A stretch of DNA of 64,000 bases. It comes from the human T2T-CHM13v2.0 reference genome, Homo sapiens. This document shows positions 28,934 through 44,533 of this stretch, one piece after another. Made by a program: the position numbers and the translations under genes. A model generated the notes under the pieces. That model did no database searches, was not told the origin of the DNA, and saw only the letters and a list, made by a program, of their open reading frames with translations. Numbering within the stretch: position 1 is the first letter of the stretch; the number at the start of each line of letters is the position of its first letter. The stretch lies in the NCBI RefSeq assembly GCF_009914755.1, contig NC_060947.1; one strand, written 5' to 3'.

Positions 28934-29668
28934 TTTTTTCTCATGCCTCATGTGAACCTGAGGCATTTGATGTCATTCCATTCACTTTAGGCTGGGATTA
29001 GGATTTGTTTAAGAAATGATATTGGTGATGATGATAATATTTCTTTGAGAGGAAGGCATTTATTTACAAGCAGCTAATCACAACAGCAAAAAACCTTCAT
29101 GATTATTAACTTAAATACCTAAGTTTGTTAGGTTTTCATTAGTATACCATATGATTGTTAAATGATAAAGTATACTGTGTAATTGTTATCAGAGTGAACA
29201 TCTTACTTTGTGTGCTGTTTTCACTTATACATGCATTTCTATGTGTTCATATTATCACTGTCCTTGTGATTTTCAGTTGCTATGTAGTATTCTTTTCTGC
29301 TGATACACCACACCTGTCTCCCACTTGGATTGTTTTACTTTTTTTTACAATTAATAGTACTGCTATGAACATTTTAATATTGACCCCCTTAAAAATTTTT
29401 CATTTCCTTTAAGGTTTCCTTGGACTGTGTTCTCTAAAGTAGAGTTACCAGGTCCAAAAGTGCAGATATAACCCTACCTTGTCTTACTTGCTGTCAGATT
29501 GCTTTTCAGAAAGATCAAATTTTTAAAACCACCATCACTGTAGAGTTCAAGTGTAATTCTTTCTGTACATTCCTGGATTTGATCATTTTATTATTTTTTG
29601 CTTCTCAGAAAGATATATTGTGATACCTTCAATTTATTCTAATTTACATTTTCTTTCATGGCAGGTGA

Positions 29669-30055
<387 letters not shown>

Positions 30056-30341
30056 TGACTTTGGTGTTCTAGATGAGGCCTATCCTCTCTCCATCAATTG
30101 GATTTTGCCAAGTGCAGGGCAACAGGTATGACCGAAAAGCATGAGCTCTCCACTAGCCATATCAGTGCTGCAGGTGTCTCGAAGGGGTCAAGAGGATTCC
30201 TGGAGGCTTGAAAGCCCCTCGGAGAAGTCAGATCTTTGCACCACCCTAGATGTTCAGGGATATATCTTGGAAATGAACTATTAGGGAACCCCTAAAGCTC
30301 ACCTGAATTGGCTTGTACTCACGAAGCCATGTACTAACTAG

Positions 30342-30535
30342 ACCTGCACTATCTAATAAGGGAGTCCCTAGCCACATATGGCTATTTAAATGGGAATAAA
30401 TTAAAATGAAAAATCCAGTTCCTTAATCACACTAGTGACTCAATAGCCACACGTTGCTTGTGACTACTGTACTCAACTGTGCATATATAGTCCAATCCCA
30501 TTATCACAGAACATTCCATCAAACAGCACTGAACT
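30342..30535. mobile_element. MER3-like hAT element
   Basis: tagccacatatggctatttaaat...ctcaatagccacacg palindromic MER3 signature. Confidence 0.6.
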
Positions 30536-30722
30536 GGACCATTTACACATGATGGGATTGTATGTAGCTATGTAATCCATTGTGAAAACCTCTCTGGATC
30601 TTTCTATGCCCCTCTAAACCCTACTTGTCCTTTGAGGGTTGGCTCAATTCTAGTTCTCCCAGGAAACATCTCCTGACCACTCCAGCTCACAGCAATGACT
30701 CCATTCTTGGAACCCCCCAGAG

Positions 30723-31054
30723 CAGGGGTCCCCAACTCCACTGGTCTGTGGCCTGTTAGGAACTGGGCCACACAGCAGGACATGAGCAGCAGGGCGAGCA
30801 AGCATTACCACCTGAGCTCTGCCTCCTGTGAGATCAACTGTGGCATTAGATTCTCATAGGGAGCTCAAACCCTATTGTGAACTGTGCACATGAGGGATCT
30901 AGGTTGCGTGCTCCTTATGAGAATCTAATGCCTGATGATCTGAAGTGGAACAGTTTCACCCTAGAATCCATCCCCACCCTACCCCACCCCCATTTGTGGA
31001 AAAATTGTCTTCCATGAAACCAGTCCCTGGTGCCAAAAAGGTTGGGGACTGCAG
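30723..31054. mobile_element. MER1B-like hAT-Charlie MITE
   Basis: TIRs caggggtccccaac / gttggggactgcag; 8-bp TSD ccccagag/ccctagag. Confidence 0.8.
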
Positions 31055-31653
31055 CCCTAGAGCACCCAAAATACTTGACACACTGTCTTATTGGTGTCAT
31101 ACTTTTGCTTGTCAGTTAGTCTTATCTTCCTAAGAAGGCTACAGGGACCTCAAGAGAAGAGCTTAAATCACACACTGCCTGGGTTCCTCTTCTCATGCCA
31201 GAATGCATAGCAGAAACATTTATCAAACTCTCTTTTTTTCTAGCTGTCTTCTGTACTTTGCTCTTGTTTTCAGTATTTAGAAGAATCAGCATGTACGACA
31301 CCATGTCATGCTTCAAAAACCATATATTTTTAGAGGAAGGTCAGCATGCTTATTGATGTCAGGTGTAGCACTTCAGCTTCTGTCTTGGTGAGGTGGCAGG
31401 AGTGGGGATAGGATTGAGGAAGATTTGGGAAAATTGGTATTAGATCTTGAAAACACCTTTGACAGAGCAAAGAAAAATGATACCTTCTTTTGTAATTTCA
31501 AAGCTCTGTTTGAAAGTACTGGGCTTAGCATCTATGAACGCACCAAAAGGGGTATGGACATTTATTTGACTTTCTAATTGAGGCTGTCATGCTAGGGGAT
31601 TGATAGTTTAGGACTCAGAAAGAAGCATTTCTAGAATAACTTATAGTTTTGTG

Positions 31654-31960
31654 GTTTTTTTTTTTTTTTTTTTTTGAGACAGAGTCTCTCTCTGTCACCC
31701 AGGCCAGATGCAGTGGCAGGATAGCTCACTGCAACCTCTGCCTCCTGGGTTCAAGCAATTCTCCTGCCTCAACCTCCTGAGTAGATGGGACTACAGGCCT
31801 GTGCCATCATGCCCACTAATTTTTGTATTTTTTTTTTTTTAGTAGAGACAGGGTTTCCCCATGTTGTCCAGACTGGTCTTGAACTCCTGACCTAAAGTGA
31901 TCTACCCGGCTTGATCTCCCAAAGTGCTGGGATTATAGGCATGAGCCACCGTGCCCGGCC
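31654..31960 (-). mobile_element. AluS
   Basis: TSD aataacttatagtttt/aataacttacagtttt. Confidence 0.9.
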
Positions 31961-33388
31961 AAATAACTTACAGTTTTTAAAGCACTGTCACAAAGAGTCT
32001 TTATTTGCTCCTTTTCACACCTCTGGGGAGGAAGCAGGAGAGGTCAGTGAGGTCAGACACCTCATCTAAGGATTATATGGGTAAAAAGTAGCTAAGTTGG
32101 CACTAGGACCAGCTCTGCACTCCCTGAATCCTGATGCTTCTTGAGCCAGCTTTGCAGAGCCTGCCTCCCTCGTCCTAGCAGATAACTGTGTGAAAAAACT
32201 TAACAAGCTAATTTCACATGAAAAGGTAAATTTCAATTCAAGTGCCAGGTTCATTTCAGAATGTCCAGGTGAAAGCAGCAGAGCATTTTAAAATGACATC
32301 AGTTCTCACCCACTTTGGGTAAACTTTCAGTTGACTGGCCCCAACAGATCTGTTTGTTGTGTGAGCTATAAAGGACTTGTGTGGCCAATAACAGTCTCCA
32401 TTTGGACCCATTTTTTCTGCACCACTTGTTTTGTGCATAGGGCCTTTAAAACATATCCTAGTTCATGGTAACAAAATGATTATTGTATCTGTAAGGGCAG
32501 AAATGAACATTTATCTACATTGCTGATGCATCAAGACAGGATGTGATAGCACATGAAAAAAAAAACAGGGGCATAAAACACATACTTTCTTATTTCCAGT
32601 AAAAGATTAAATTCTCTTATACCTCTTGTGGTTACCTGGTTTTTATCTTCTCCAGCAATATAACCTTGGGAACCTCAAGAATCTAGGGCTTAAACTAAGG
32701 TAGCAGAGAGCAAATTTACCCTTAAGCAAAGGGGGAAAATTTAGCTTTCAAATTAATAATGCAGTACTAGAATATGCTGGTAGTTTTAAAAACTAGCTAG
32801 AGTGACCTAGAAGTTCACTCTAAGGAAAACGCCAAAATTTGCAGGGACAAAGACGAGGACTTGAAGGGAGAGATGGGTATCTGAAAAAGCAAGATAAAGA
32901 CTTTTAGTTACAGTATTGAGGTGTGTGCTGCAAGGCCATATTCTGGAGATCTCATAGGAGGAGAAGATTGAAGCTTTGGTTTTGAAATTTGGTGATGTTG
33001 CTAAAAATGTGGATGCCTAGATTCTGTTTCGTGGAGGTGCTGACTGGGCAGGTCTGCAGAGGGGCCATGATTCTGCATCATTAATAAGCACCCTGAGTGA
33101 TCGTGATGCAAACAGTCCTGGACGACACTTTGAGACTCTGCCTCCAAGTTGCAGTCACTATTAGATTCTGCATGTTGCTCAAGATCGGCAGATGACTGGT
33201 ATCCTAGGATCACAGCACACAGGAAGCTCATTCTGAGCAGTGCAGTGAACCCTTTGGCTACCAATTCATACTTTTTTCCAAAGTAAAACTGCTGAAAAGA
33301 CAAACTGGGCAGTAGGTATGGCATTCATAGTGTGTAGGAAGTAGGAGAGTTCAAATGAAGCCAGCTTGGTGAGACCAATTCTCTTTCC

Positions 33389-33840
33389 AAAAGCAAACCC
33401 TGGAGGATTCAACAGCTTAACACAGATACCCTGATGCTGCTTTCATCAGCTTGTGGGCAGAGTAGTGAGGTTCATTTGGTCACTGTGAAGGGAGACGTGC
33501 CTGGGGTGTTTATGGCCAAAGTAAATGGGCCATAGTGCATGCTAAGTGCTAGGGAATTACACTTCATACTGTGAACTGATTTACATTCCCAGTAAAACTG
33601 TATTTGTAAAAAAATGCATCATAAGCTGTAATGGATATGTGCTAGTCCAGAAGTCCTCTTTTTATTGTGAATTTTCTTAAATAGGCATCATTGTAATTTT
33701 TAGTAAGCTCTCCTTTGTGGACCTTCTTTCTATTTTGAGCATCTTAGCACAAGTTTGGCCATTTGTGCATTTCTCCCTCCAAAAGGAAGCAGCATCAGGG
33801 TATCTATGTCAAGCTGTTGAATCCTCCATGGTTTGCTTTT
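33389..33840. repeat. 54-bp inverted repeat with a 344-bp spacer
   Basis: Arms 33389-33442 and 33787-33840 are reverse complements at 51/54 positions. Confidence 0.9.
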
Positions 33841-35504
33841 GCCTTATCAGAGAAAAAATAAGTTATCTGAATTGACGACTGCTGTGCAGTGAGTTCCTGT
33901 ATTGGACCGAATGTAGCGGTTGGAAGGAGGTGTTTCTGCTCAACTAAAGGTACAGAAGAATGTGCTTTTACTACTTGGTTGGGCATGCGGTTGGAAACCT
34001 ACATGGGATATTTTTTGCTTGCCACTGTACTCTGCAGACTGTCCTTGGTCACTGCCCAATTCTGGGATACAGTGGCAACTGGAGGTAGCCCCGGGCTGGC
34101 GGAAAGAAATTGTATGGGATGAAAGTCACAAGCCCTGTGAGGTTTGAGCCCCAGCGCAGCCGTTTGTTGGCTGTGCAACCTCAGGCAGGTCATTTCCCTC
34201 CATTTTCTCTTCTGTAAAATAGGACATAAGACTCGTGGAGGAAGCACAGTATGGTAGGCTATTTCTCTTTCGTGACTCCGTTTTCTCTTTAATAAAATAG
34301 AGATGACGCTCTGCAGGGCAGATGTGAGAAAAGCACATTCTCAGCAGAATGTCTGGTACATAGCCGCTGCTTAATAAATGTTACTTCCAATACCTGCTAC
34401 CCCTCTGCTGTGAGGTGCAAGTCAGAGAGCTGCATACTAACCTGCAAATTGCAATCTATATGCACAATAAGTCATCTGTTTCAACCCCATGCTGGTGGCA
34501 GATGGGGGTGTGCAAGGCAGGAGCCCCTCATTCCAGGGGGGTGAGTAGACAGGCATTTATATCCAAAATGACGTCACTGAGCGCTGGATTATAAAATGAT
34601 ATATATTTTGTACCTGAAATGTCATTATTTGAAGACTATGCATTGGCGAGAATGCTTTTGCATTGAAAGAGGGTGATGAACTGCCCGGACAAAAGTGAAA
34701 TACTTATCGTAGGCCCCTGCCCTTTGATGGATAGTGAACAACAGAAATACCTAGAAACCCTCAAAGGATGAAACCACTGTGGCATTGTACCCAGTAATCT
34801 CTGCCCTCTGCTCTTCCTGGGCTTGAGTTCTCATAATTCTGGTCAATTATGACCACCCAGGATTGGCCCCAGACTTGGATGTGGACCTTGGCTGCCCTTG
34901 TAGGATCATAGCAAAAGCTCAGTTGTCCCAGGTCACAAAAAATGTCAGCCATGTCTGCCTCTCCCTCCTGGGACTTGGAATAAATAAAACATGATGGGTC
35001 CTTCTCCAAGCGAAGATAATGTTAGCAGGGGTCTGGCGGGGAGAAGGGGGAAAGGGCTGTCTATTTTATCACCCTGATCTCCTTTTCAAGAATTCTCAGC
35101 AATTGTGCGGTCTGGAGCAAGAAAGTGGCAGGTGGGGTCGCAGAAGCACAGAGTTGATGTTGAGGCGGGCTTAGCCCCTGGCTTTCCTCTGGATCTTTAT
35201 CAATTTATTCCCTCTTGGAACACAGAGGCAGCATGGTCCCAGAAGGAGACAAAATAGGCTGGGGTGGGTGGCGGGGTTACAGGGTAGCCACTCCATGGTG
35301 GTGGCAGTTCAAAAGGAAGTGGAAAATCAATGAAATAAGGCCTAAATACACATGAGGTGAGAGAAGCGTGTTTTGTATTGATTGTGTGGAGAGCAGAGTA
35401 TTATCTCAAGAGTTTGACTCTGGTTCTTCCGAGAGGATTTGAGGCAGCTTATGAATTAAGACGTTGCAAAGCAGGGTACTTAAATGGATAAACTGGGACA
35501 GGGA

Positions 35505-35915
35505 CAATGGAAAGCACTTGTTCTTAACCCTGGCTGCACAGTAGAACCACCGGGAGAAATTTTAAAAATATGCATGCTTGGGCTTCACTCCAGTTGAACA
35601 GGAATCCCTGAGTGTGGGACAAGTATTGGTATATTTTTAAAATTCCCCAGGTGCCTCTAATGTGCAGCCAGGTTGAGAAGCTGGAGGAGCAGATGCTACC
35701 AAATCCCTGACATGAGTAGATTAAGTCAGTGGTTCGCAACATTGGCTGTATATTCAAATCACCCGGAGAGCTTTTAAAATCCCATCGCCTAGGCTGCAAC
35801 CCAGACCAACTGAATCCGAATCTCTGGCGAGAGTCGGGGGAGCGGGCAGGCATCAGTTGTTTTTAAAGTTTGCCAGATGATTTCGATGTGCAGCCCGGGT
35901 TAAAAAGCTCTGCTC
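35505..35915. mobile_element. Two adjacent MER5A-like hAT elements
   Basis: cagtggtt..aac..tggctg..aatcacc.gg.gag and ccccaggtg..tctaatgtgcagcca motifs. Confidence 0.65.
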
Positions 35916-35918
35916 TGT

Positions 35919-36291
<373 letters not shown>

Positions 36292-36339
36292 TTAGGAACT
36301 CCTAACATAGAGACTAAATTTGACTCTGATGGCTAAAGC

Positions 36340-36950
36340 ATTAGTCCATTCAACAAATGTTTGTTGAGCATCTACTAAATGTCAGTCACTATGTTAGGTG
36401 CTGGGGATGTGGTTATGAACAAAACAGACAAAGCCCTTGCTTTCATGAAGTGCATATATATACAAGGAAATATCATCTACCAGGGGATGAGGGCGGGAAT
36501 TTTTGTCTGCTTTGATAACTGCTGAATCTCCAGTGCCTGGCACATAGCAGGCTCCTGATAAACAACTGTTGAATGAATGAATACTGACTGAAGGGTGAAT
36601 TAAGTGCTATGAAGAAAAGTTACAGTGGGATAAGGGGATAGTGTGTGTGTGTGCACGTGCGTGCACGCACCTATTTTAACTTGGGGTGCTCAGGGAAGGC
36701 CTCACTGAGAAGGTGGCTTTTGAGCGAGGCCCAAAGGAGAGGAGGGAGCAAGCTGCACAGCTATCTGAAGGCACAGAGTTCCTGGCAGAAGAAGAGCAAG
36801 TGCAAAGACCCTGAGGTGGGAACATGTTGGCACGTTAGAGCAGCAGTAAGGAGGCCAGTGTAGCTGCAGTAGAGTGACAACAGAGAGGTAATGGTGGGAG
36901 GGGAGAGGGTGGGCAGCTCATGTAGGGCTTGGTAGACCATGGTCAGGGCT
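36340..36950 (-). mobile_element. L2 3' fragments
   Basis: ccattcaacaaatgtttgttgagcatctact and gttgaatgaatgaat L2 terminal signatures. Confidence 0.6.
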
Positions 36951-37101
36951 TTGGCATTAATGGAAACACCACGGCCTCTTTTTCTGTGTCTGACACTGGA
37001 GAACATATGTATTCATATATGGAGAGAATACTATTTTCCTGGAGTGAAATGCCAGCAGAAATGTCTATGCTACTCCATAAAGGCTGCTGAGTATCTTAAT
37101 G

Positions 37102-37441
37102 AACAAGACCTCCACAGCATGGAAGTGGACCCAAGGGGTTGCCGCTGCTGGCTCGGGTGGCCTGCTTATTCCCTTATTTTGCCCCACCCACATCCTGCTG
37201 ATTGGTCCATTTTACAGAGAGCTGATTGGTCCGTTTTACAGAGTGCTGATTGGTCCGTTTTGACAGAGTGCTGATTGGTGCGTTTACAAACCTTCAGCTA
37301 GACACAGAGTGCTGATTGGTGCATTTACAAACCTTTAGGTAGACACAGAGCACTGATTGGTGCATTTACAATCCTTCAGCTAGACAGAAAAGTTCTCTAA
37401 GTCACCACCTGACTCAGAAGCCCAGCCAGCTTCACCTCTCA
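37102..37441 (-). mobile_element. LTR12-family (LTR12F-like, HERV9) U3 fragment, 3' truncated
   Basis: Reverse strand starts TGAGAGGTGAAG; six ATTGG/CCAAT repeats (37201, 37225, 37249, 37274, 37315, 37356) in gctgattgg..tttaca units. Confidence 0.8.
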
Positions 37442-38301
37442 GCATCAGCTCTCATTGGAAACTTCCCAAGAGGGCTTAGGGAAGGGGGTTTCTAGGGATC
37501 ACACCTAGGACTGGCCACTCTTTTGGAGAGCTGCGTAGAAAGGGTCAGTCCCCAGGGACATTGGGAAGTAGTTGGAATCAACACTCATTTCCCCCAGCAG
37601 TGCCCCTTCCTCTCTGAAGCATCTGTTCCCTCTCTGCCTGTTCTTCCAGGCCTCACCTGGTCTACCTGGGAGTGCCATGTAACACACTTTCTTCGGATTT
37701 TTTGCCAGAGGCTCCAGGAACAGAGCTAATTGGTGGGGGAGGGGACTGTGTTAAGATGTTAAGAGGCAATCGTGGCTTACTCTGCACTTGGACAAGGACA
37801 ATGACTCAACTCAAAGGTGAAGACTTTGATGAAGGGGTTTTCGGGCCCCAGGAGCCAGCCCCAGTGGAAGAGATTTGGCCCCAGGAAGGTGTGAACAAGG
37901 GAGAGCTTCTTGAGGCCCCACACAGCACACCACACAAGCGGTTTCCTTTATTTTATATTGGCAACCAGGCCATTTCTTTCAGGGCCCCACTGCATTGCAC
38001 TGAGGGGCCAGCAGAAAAGACTTACCTTCATGGAGCTTGCATTCTCTGGATCTAGATCTGTAAGACTTTCTGTGATCAAGCACAATATTGGAAAGCAGTT
38101 ACTTCTGAGACATGTATATATTATTGGCACAAAAATAATCTCAATACTTTTATTATTAAAGAATCAGAAATTAAGCAAACAGTAAAAGCTGAAAGAGGTG
38201 AGATCCCTAGAATGCTGGGCACAGATCTTGGCTCTTTCCTCAGACCCTGGGAAAGATGGTACCCTGGGATAGATGGTGTGTTGTTATGAGAAAAACGGGA
38301 C

Positions 38302-38674
38302 TGTAATGGATCCCCAAACTGGGAGGGAACTGAGAGACCAAAGAATGACTCAGATAAGTCCAGCTTGACAAGCAGATGAGTTTATTAGGACTTACCTACA
38401 GTGCGCTCCTGGGCAGCAGCAGGACAACTCCAGAGATCCACCCCATCCCCCATCTCTGAGCTGCTTTGAAGCTAATATTATGGCTCTTTGCCTACTGTGT
38501 ATGTGCAACGAGACTGTTTTCCTTGGTAGGTTCTCAGATACTCCACAGGATGTTGGGGTCTCAGGCACCTGCTCCTCAGCTGGGCACCGTGGCCTTGGCT
38601 CACTGCCAGCCTTCAGGTTTCAAGCAGCGGATATAGACCCTTAAGTAACCTGGTGGGGGACCCGTAACACTACA
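38302..38674 (-). mobile_element. Solo LTR, subfamily uncertain
   Basis: TGTA...TACA termini, ~370 bp, minus-strand AATAAA at ~38380; TSD not resolved. Confidence 0.55.
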
Positions 38675-39378
38675 AGTATGACATGGTGGAAGGAGCACCA
38701 GCCAGAGTGCCAAGAGAGACAGGCTTTGCAACCAGCTGCCCATCCTTGCACAACCATTCATATTCTGTGGGCCTCTTTGCTCATCTGTAAAATGGGAGAT
38801 TAGGCTGTGCATGGTTTCTAATAACCCCTACAATGTTCTGGTTGTAGACAGTTTTTTTTTTTTTTTAAAAAAGAACGAGTCTTCTAGGTAAAGGAATGAC
38901 AGAGGGGAAGGTGCCAGTCACAGGGAATAGTGACTTCCTGTGAAATATGGAGAGTGCTGAGGCACCACCCTGAGTCCCAGAAAATGTCAATATGCCAGTG
39001 ACTGAAATTCAGACTGAGGAGATAGAAATGACAGTGAGAGACATTTCAAAAAGATCCACAGCTAATAGTAAAAATAGCCCTGGACTTCACTTCGCTTCAC
39101 TACTTAGAGCTGGGTGAACACTTGAGAGTTATTAACTTCTCGGACACTGTTTCTTCAGCTGTAAAATGGGGATGTGACCATTTTCTCAAGAGGACCAGAT
39201 GAAATCATGTGTATGTATTTGATATACATTTTGTAAATGTATAAAGGGCAAGGAAGGGAGGACTCCTGCTAGATTACTCTTTGGGTCAAGAGTTCTAGAA
39301 AAAAAAAAAAAACAGAAAACCTCAGTTACCCGGAATACGAAGATCTCATTAGTTGAATTGTTTGATGAAATTGGTTAA

Positions 39379-39763
<385 letters not shown>

Positions 39764-40493
39764 TAAAGTGTCTGAATGTACTTTCTTACCTTAGGAAGTC
39801 TTGTACACTGCACATATTTGAACTAACATTTTCTGATGATTGAGGCCATGTGAATTTATCAGGGCCATCATTCCAAATATCAGTTTTTAATGTGTGTAGG
39901 CTAAATGCATACCAACCCATCGGGATATACCTAGGAAGTTGTTTTGAGGAAGAGGGCACAGAAGAATTCCAGGTATTTAAGAGCCCTAGATAAACTGATT
40001 CAAGTTAAGATTTTATGATTTATTCTGTGAAACTAAGAATTCGTATCACCAGCCCTGACCTCCGCACTGAATGTAGACTTAAATAGCCAATGACTTGGGT
40101 GATCTCTCCACTTGAACGTCTGATGGGCCTCTCAATCTCAACAGAGCCCAAACAGAGTTCTTGTCTGCAACGCTCTTCTCCACCTTTGCTCCTCTCAGAG
40201 TCTTTCCTGTTTCACCAAATGGCACCACCAGCCAGCCATTCAGTTACTCAAGTCAAAATTGTAGGAATCATCTTGATTATTCTTTCTTCCTCACCTCCAA
40301 CATTCAGTCCATCATCAGATTCTGCTGACTCCACTTTCAAAACATATTCTGAATTTGTACTGCCTCCACTGCTACCTGCTAGTCCAAGCCACAGTCATCT
40401 CTCTGGTTGGCTTGTTGTAATAGCCTTCTAACTGGTATCCCTGCTTTAATCCTATCCCTACTCAGTTTATTCTCCCACTTGGAGCAAGAGTAA

Positions 40494-40812
<319 letters not shown>

Positions 40813-41134
40813 AAGAGAGATTTAAAAAAAATATTAATAAGTGATAGATTATGTCACTTCTTTGCTTAAAATCCTCCACAGGCTTTCTACTGTGACCAGG
40901 AAAGTGCTCCACACTCCTTTCCATGGCCTACAACAGACCCTGTGTGATCTGGCCCTGACCATCTCTCTTGCCAGGTGCTGTTCACTGTCCTCTGGACATG
41001 GCCTTTCTTCTCATCCTAGGGTCTTTGCACTTGTTGCATCCTGTGCTTGGTCCCCTCTGCTTCCTGTGGCTCCCTCCTTCTTATCATTAAGGTCAGATGT
41101 TCCTGGACTTCTTGGACCAAACAAATGAATCTAG

Positions 41135-41718
<584 letters not shown>

Positions 41719-42584
41719 TTATGTGCCTATTTTCTAGGTATGTGAGCATACAGTGAACAGACAAAAATCGCTGCCCTCATGGAGCTAACATTCTAGGGAA
41801 GGGAGATAGCCAATAAACAAATAATAAATATCTATAGTCTATCAGATGGTATAAGAGCTAGGGGGAAAATTAAGGCAGGGGTGGAAGGTATGGAGTGCTG
41901 GGATGGCAGTGAGGTTGCAATTATAAAGAGGATACTCAGGGAAGCCTTCACTTAGATAATATTTGAGCAAAGATCTGAAGGAGGTGAGGTGTGAGTTATG
42001 CAGATCTCTGGGAGGATGCTGCAGGCAGCCTAGCAAGTGCCACGACTCTGAAAGGAGAATGCCTGACATGTTTAAGGTCAGTGTGGCTGGAGTGTAGTGA
42101 TTAAGAGGAGGTGGGCACAGAGATCATAGAGGGGGAGTGGTGTCCAGACCATCTGGGGATGTATAAGCCATTGTAAGGGCTCTGGCTTTTACCCTAGGTG
42201 AGATGGGAAGTACTTATTCCTATCTAGAGTTATATGTTTATGGCCCCCTGCCCCCACCCCTCCACCACACGTTAGAATGTAAAACTCGTGGAAGGCAAGA
42301 ACTTTATCTGTCTTATTCACCACTGTATCCCTAGCACTTAGAACAGTGTTCAGCACAAAGAAAGTGCTCAGGGAACATTTGTTGAATGAATTGTGCAGGC
42401 GCAATATTACCAAAGGATATAGGAACTAGGCATGACCTAGTTTAAGCAATGAAGTTGGAGAAAACACTGACATTGGATTCAGGTTGACTTATACTCTGAC
42501 TCACTGTATGACCTTGGACAAGTCACCTCCTCACCCTGAACTTCAGTTTCTTCATCTCCAAAATAAAGGGGTTTTACCAGATGA

Positions 42585-42735
42585 TTTTTTTTATTTCCAT
42601 AGGTTTTTGGAAAACAGGTGGTGTTTGGTTATATGAATAAGTTCTTGAGTGGTGATTTCTGAGATTTTGTTGCAGCCATCACCTGAGCAGTATACACTAC
42701 CCAATGTGTGGTCTTTTATCCCTCACCCCCTTCTT
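42585..42735 (-). mobile_element. L1PB-type extreme 3' fragment
   Basis: Same 3'-end sequence as the copy at 28415. Confidence 0.75.
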
Positions 42736-43469
42736 TCTGACTGTCATAGCCTGTAATTCTACAACGCAGGAAATACATCAGTGATATATGACCTTCTGAC
42801 TATGATATGTTCAGGAATTCTGGTATACTTACCACTATTCTATGGTTCATCTTTTAATGAATGTTGTTTATACTTCTGGGTGGAGAGGATAGTTTTCTTA
42901 ACTCCTTGAGTGGGTTGTAGGCTCAGAATAGTCCAGGTCACCTCTAGCCCTGTGGTTTGTATTTCAACTCTGCCTTTCCAGTAAACATGACACTCCTACT
43001 TCTAGTCCAGTGTGACAGCCATATTGATCCTGAGGAGCAAAACCTTAAGTCGTAAATATTTTAATGAGCCAGTTCTAACAGAGACAAAAAATAAAGTGGG
43101 ATCTATCCTAGCTAGGTTTTAAAGTAAGCAAATAAATTTAGGTTTAATCTTTAGCTTCAAAAGCTTTTTTATATATTTTAATAGGGCAAAGCTAGTTATA
43201 TAAAGCAAATATACACTCTTAAAAAGATGATTAAATCCTAGTAGCATTGGCTCTGGTCCCCATATAAACGACCAATGTGACAAACCCTTATTTTCTAGAT
43301 CTCAGAGAAGCACAGTAATTGTAAACTCATATCACATCAGATACTCTACACTCAAATCATTAATAAAATCTCAGTAGTGACTCAGACAAAGCAAACTAAT
43401 TGGTTCCTGTTAACTAGTTAACTGATGCAGTACTCCCCTAAAGTAGGTCAATCTACTGGAAAACCCAGT

Positions 43470-43616
43470 ATTAACTTCAGGTTTGACAACAGGAAGATTC
43501 ATCCGTGTAATGAACAGTCTCCTTTTAAATACTATCGAATTTAAATGAAGAAAAATAAGTCAATCAAGTCTTCTGTTACTTTGGCACTTGGATCTGGGGA
43601 ATGATCATCATCACCA
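43470..43616 (-). pseudogene. Decayed downstream exon of the FSIP2-like pseudogene
   Basis: Acceptor ttcatatttag|T GGT GAT GAT GAT CAT TCC CCA GAT CCA AGT GCC AAA = GDDDHSPDPSAKVTED, resembling the DPSAK motif near the FSIP2 C-terminus (recalled). 3' boundary uncertain. Confidence 0.5.
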
Positions 43617-43799
43617 CTAAATATGAAAGGTAAAAGACATTTCATTTTTCTATGCATTTTACACATGAAGGGATACTGGTTAAGCCAAAGAGAAATCTGC
43701 CAAAGTCATTATGCATACAGAAGCAAACCTGGAATGATGTGTCTGAGTTCTCAAATCAAGTGAAAATCATTGCTACATTGACTTTTGTTTAGTCTTACT

Positions 43800-43977
43800 T
43801 TTTATTTAAAAAATTTTTTTTAAATTTCAACTTTTATTTTGGGTTCAGGGGGCACATATGCAGGTTTGTTACATTGGTATATTGTATGATGCTGAAGTTG
43901 TGTATAATTGATCCTGTTAGAGAAATGCAAATCAAAACCACAATGAGATACCATCTCACACCAGTCAGAATGGCTAT
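43800..43977. mobile_element. Short 5'-inverted L1 fragment
   Basis: Minus-strand L1 3' end (43800-43915) abutting a plus-strand ORF2 piece encoding [20 protein letters not shown]. Confidence 0.65.
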
Positions 43978-44077
43978 TTTGTTAATTTTTAATTTTTGTG
44001 GGTTAATAGCAGGTGCATATATTTATGGGGTACATGAGATATTGATATCTTTGATACAGTTATACAAAGCATAATAA

Positions 44078-44533
<456 letters not shown>

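Noticed and set aside
37195-37385. Regularly spaced ~24-41 bp repeats resembling a CRISPR-like array
   Set aside because: They are the CCAAT enhancer repeats of an LTR12-family U3, with no unique spacers.
42740-42900. Minus-strand gtg|gtaagt donor as a terminal FSIP2-like exon
   Set aside because: No recognisable peptide similarity or clear acceptor.
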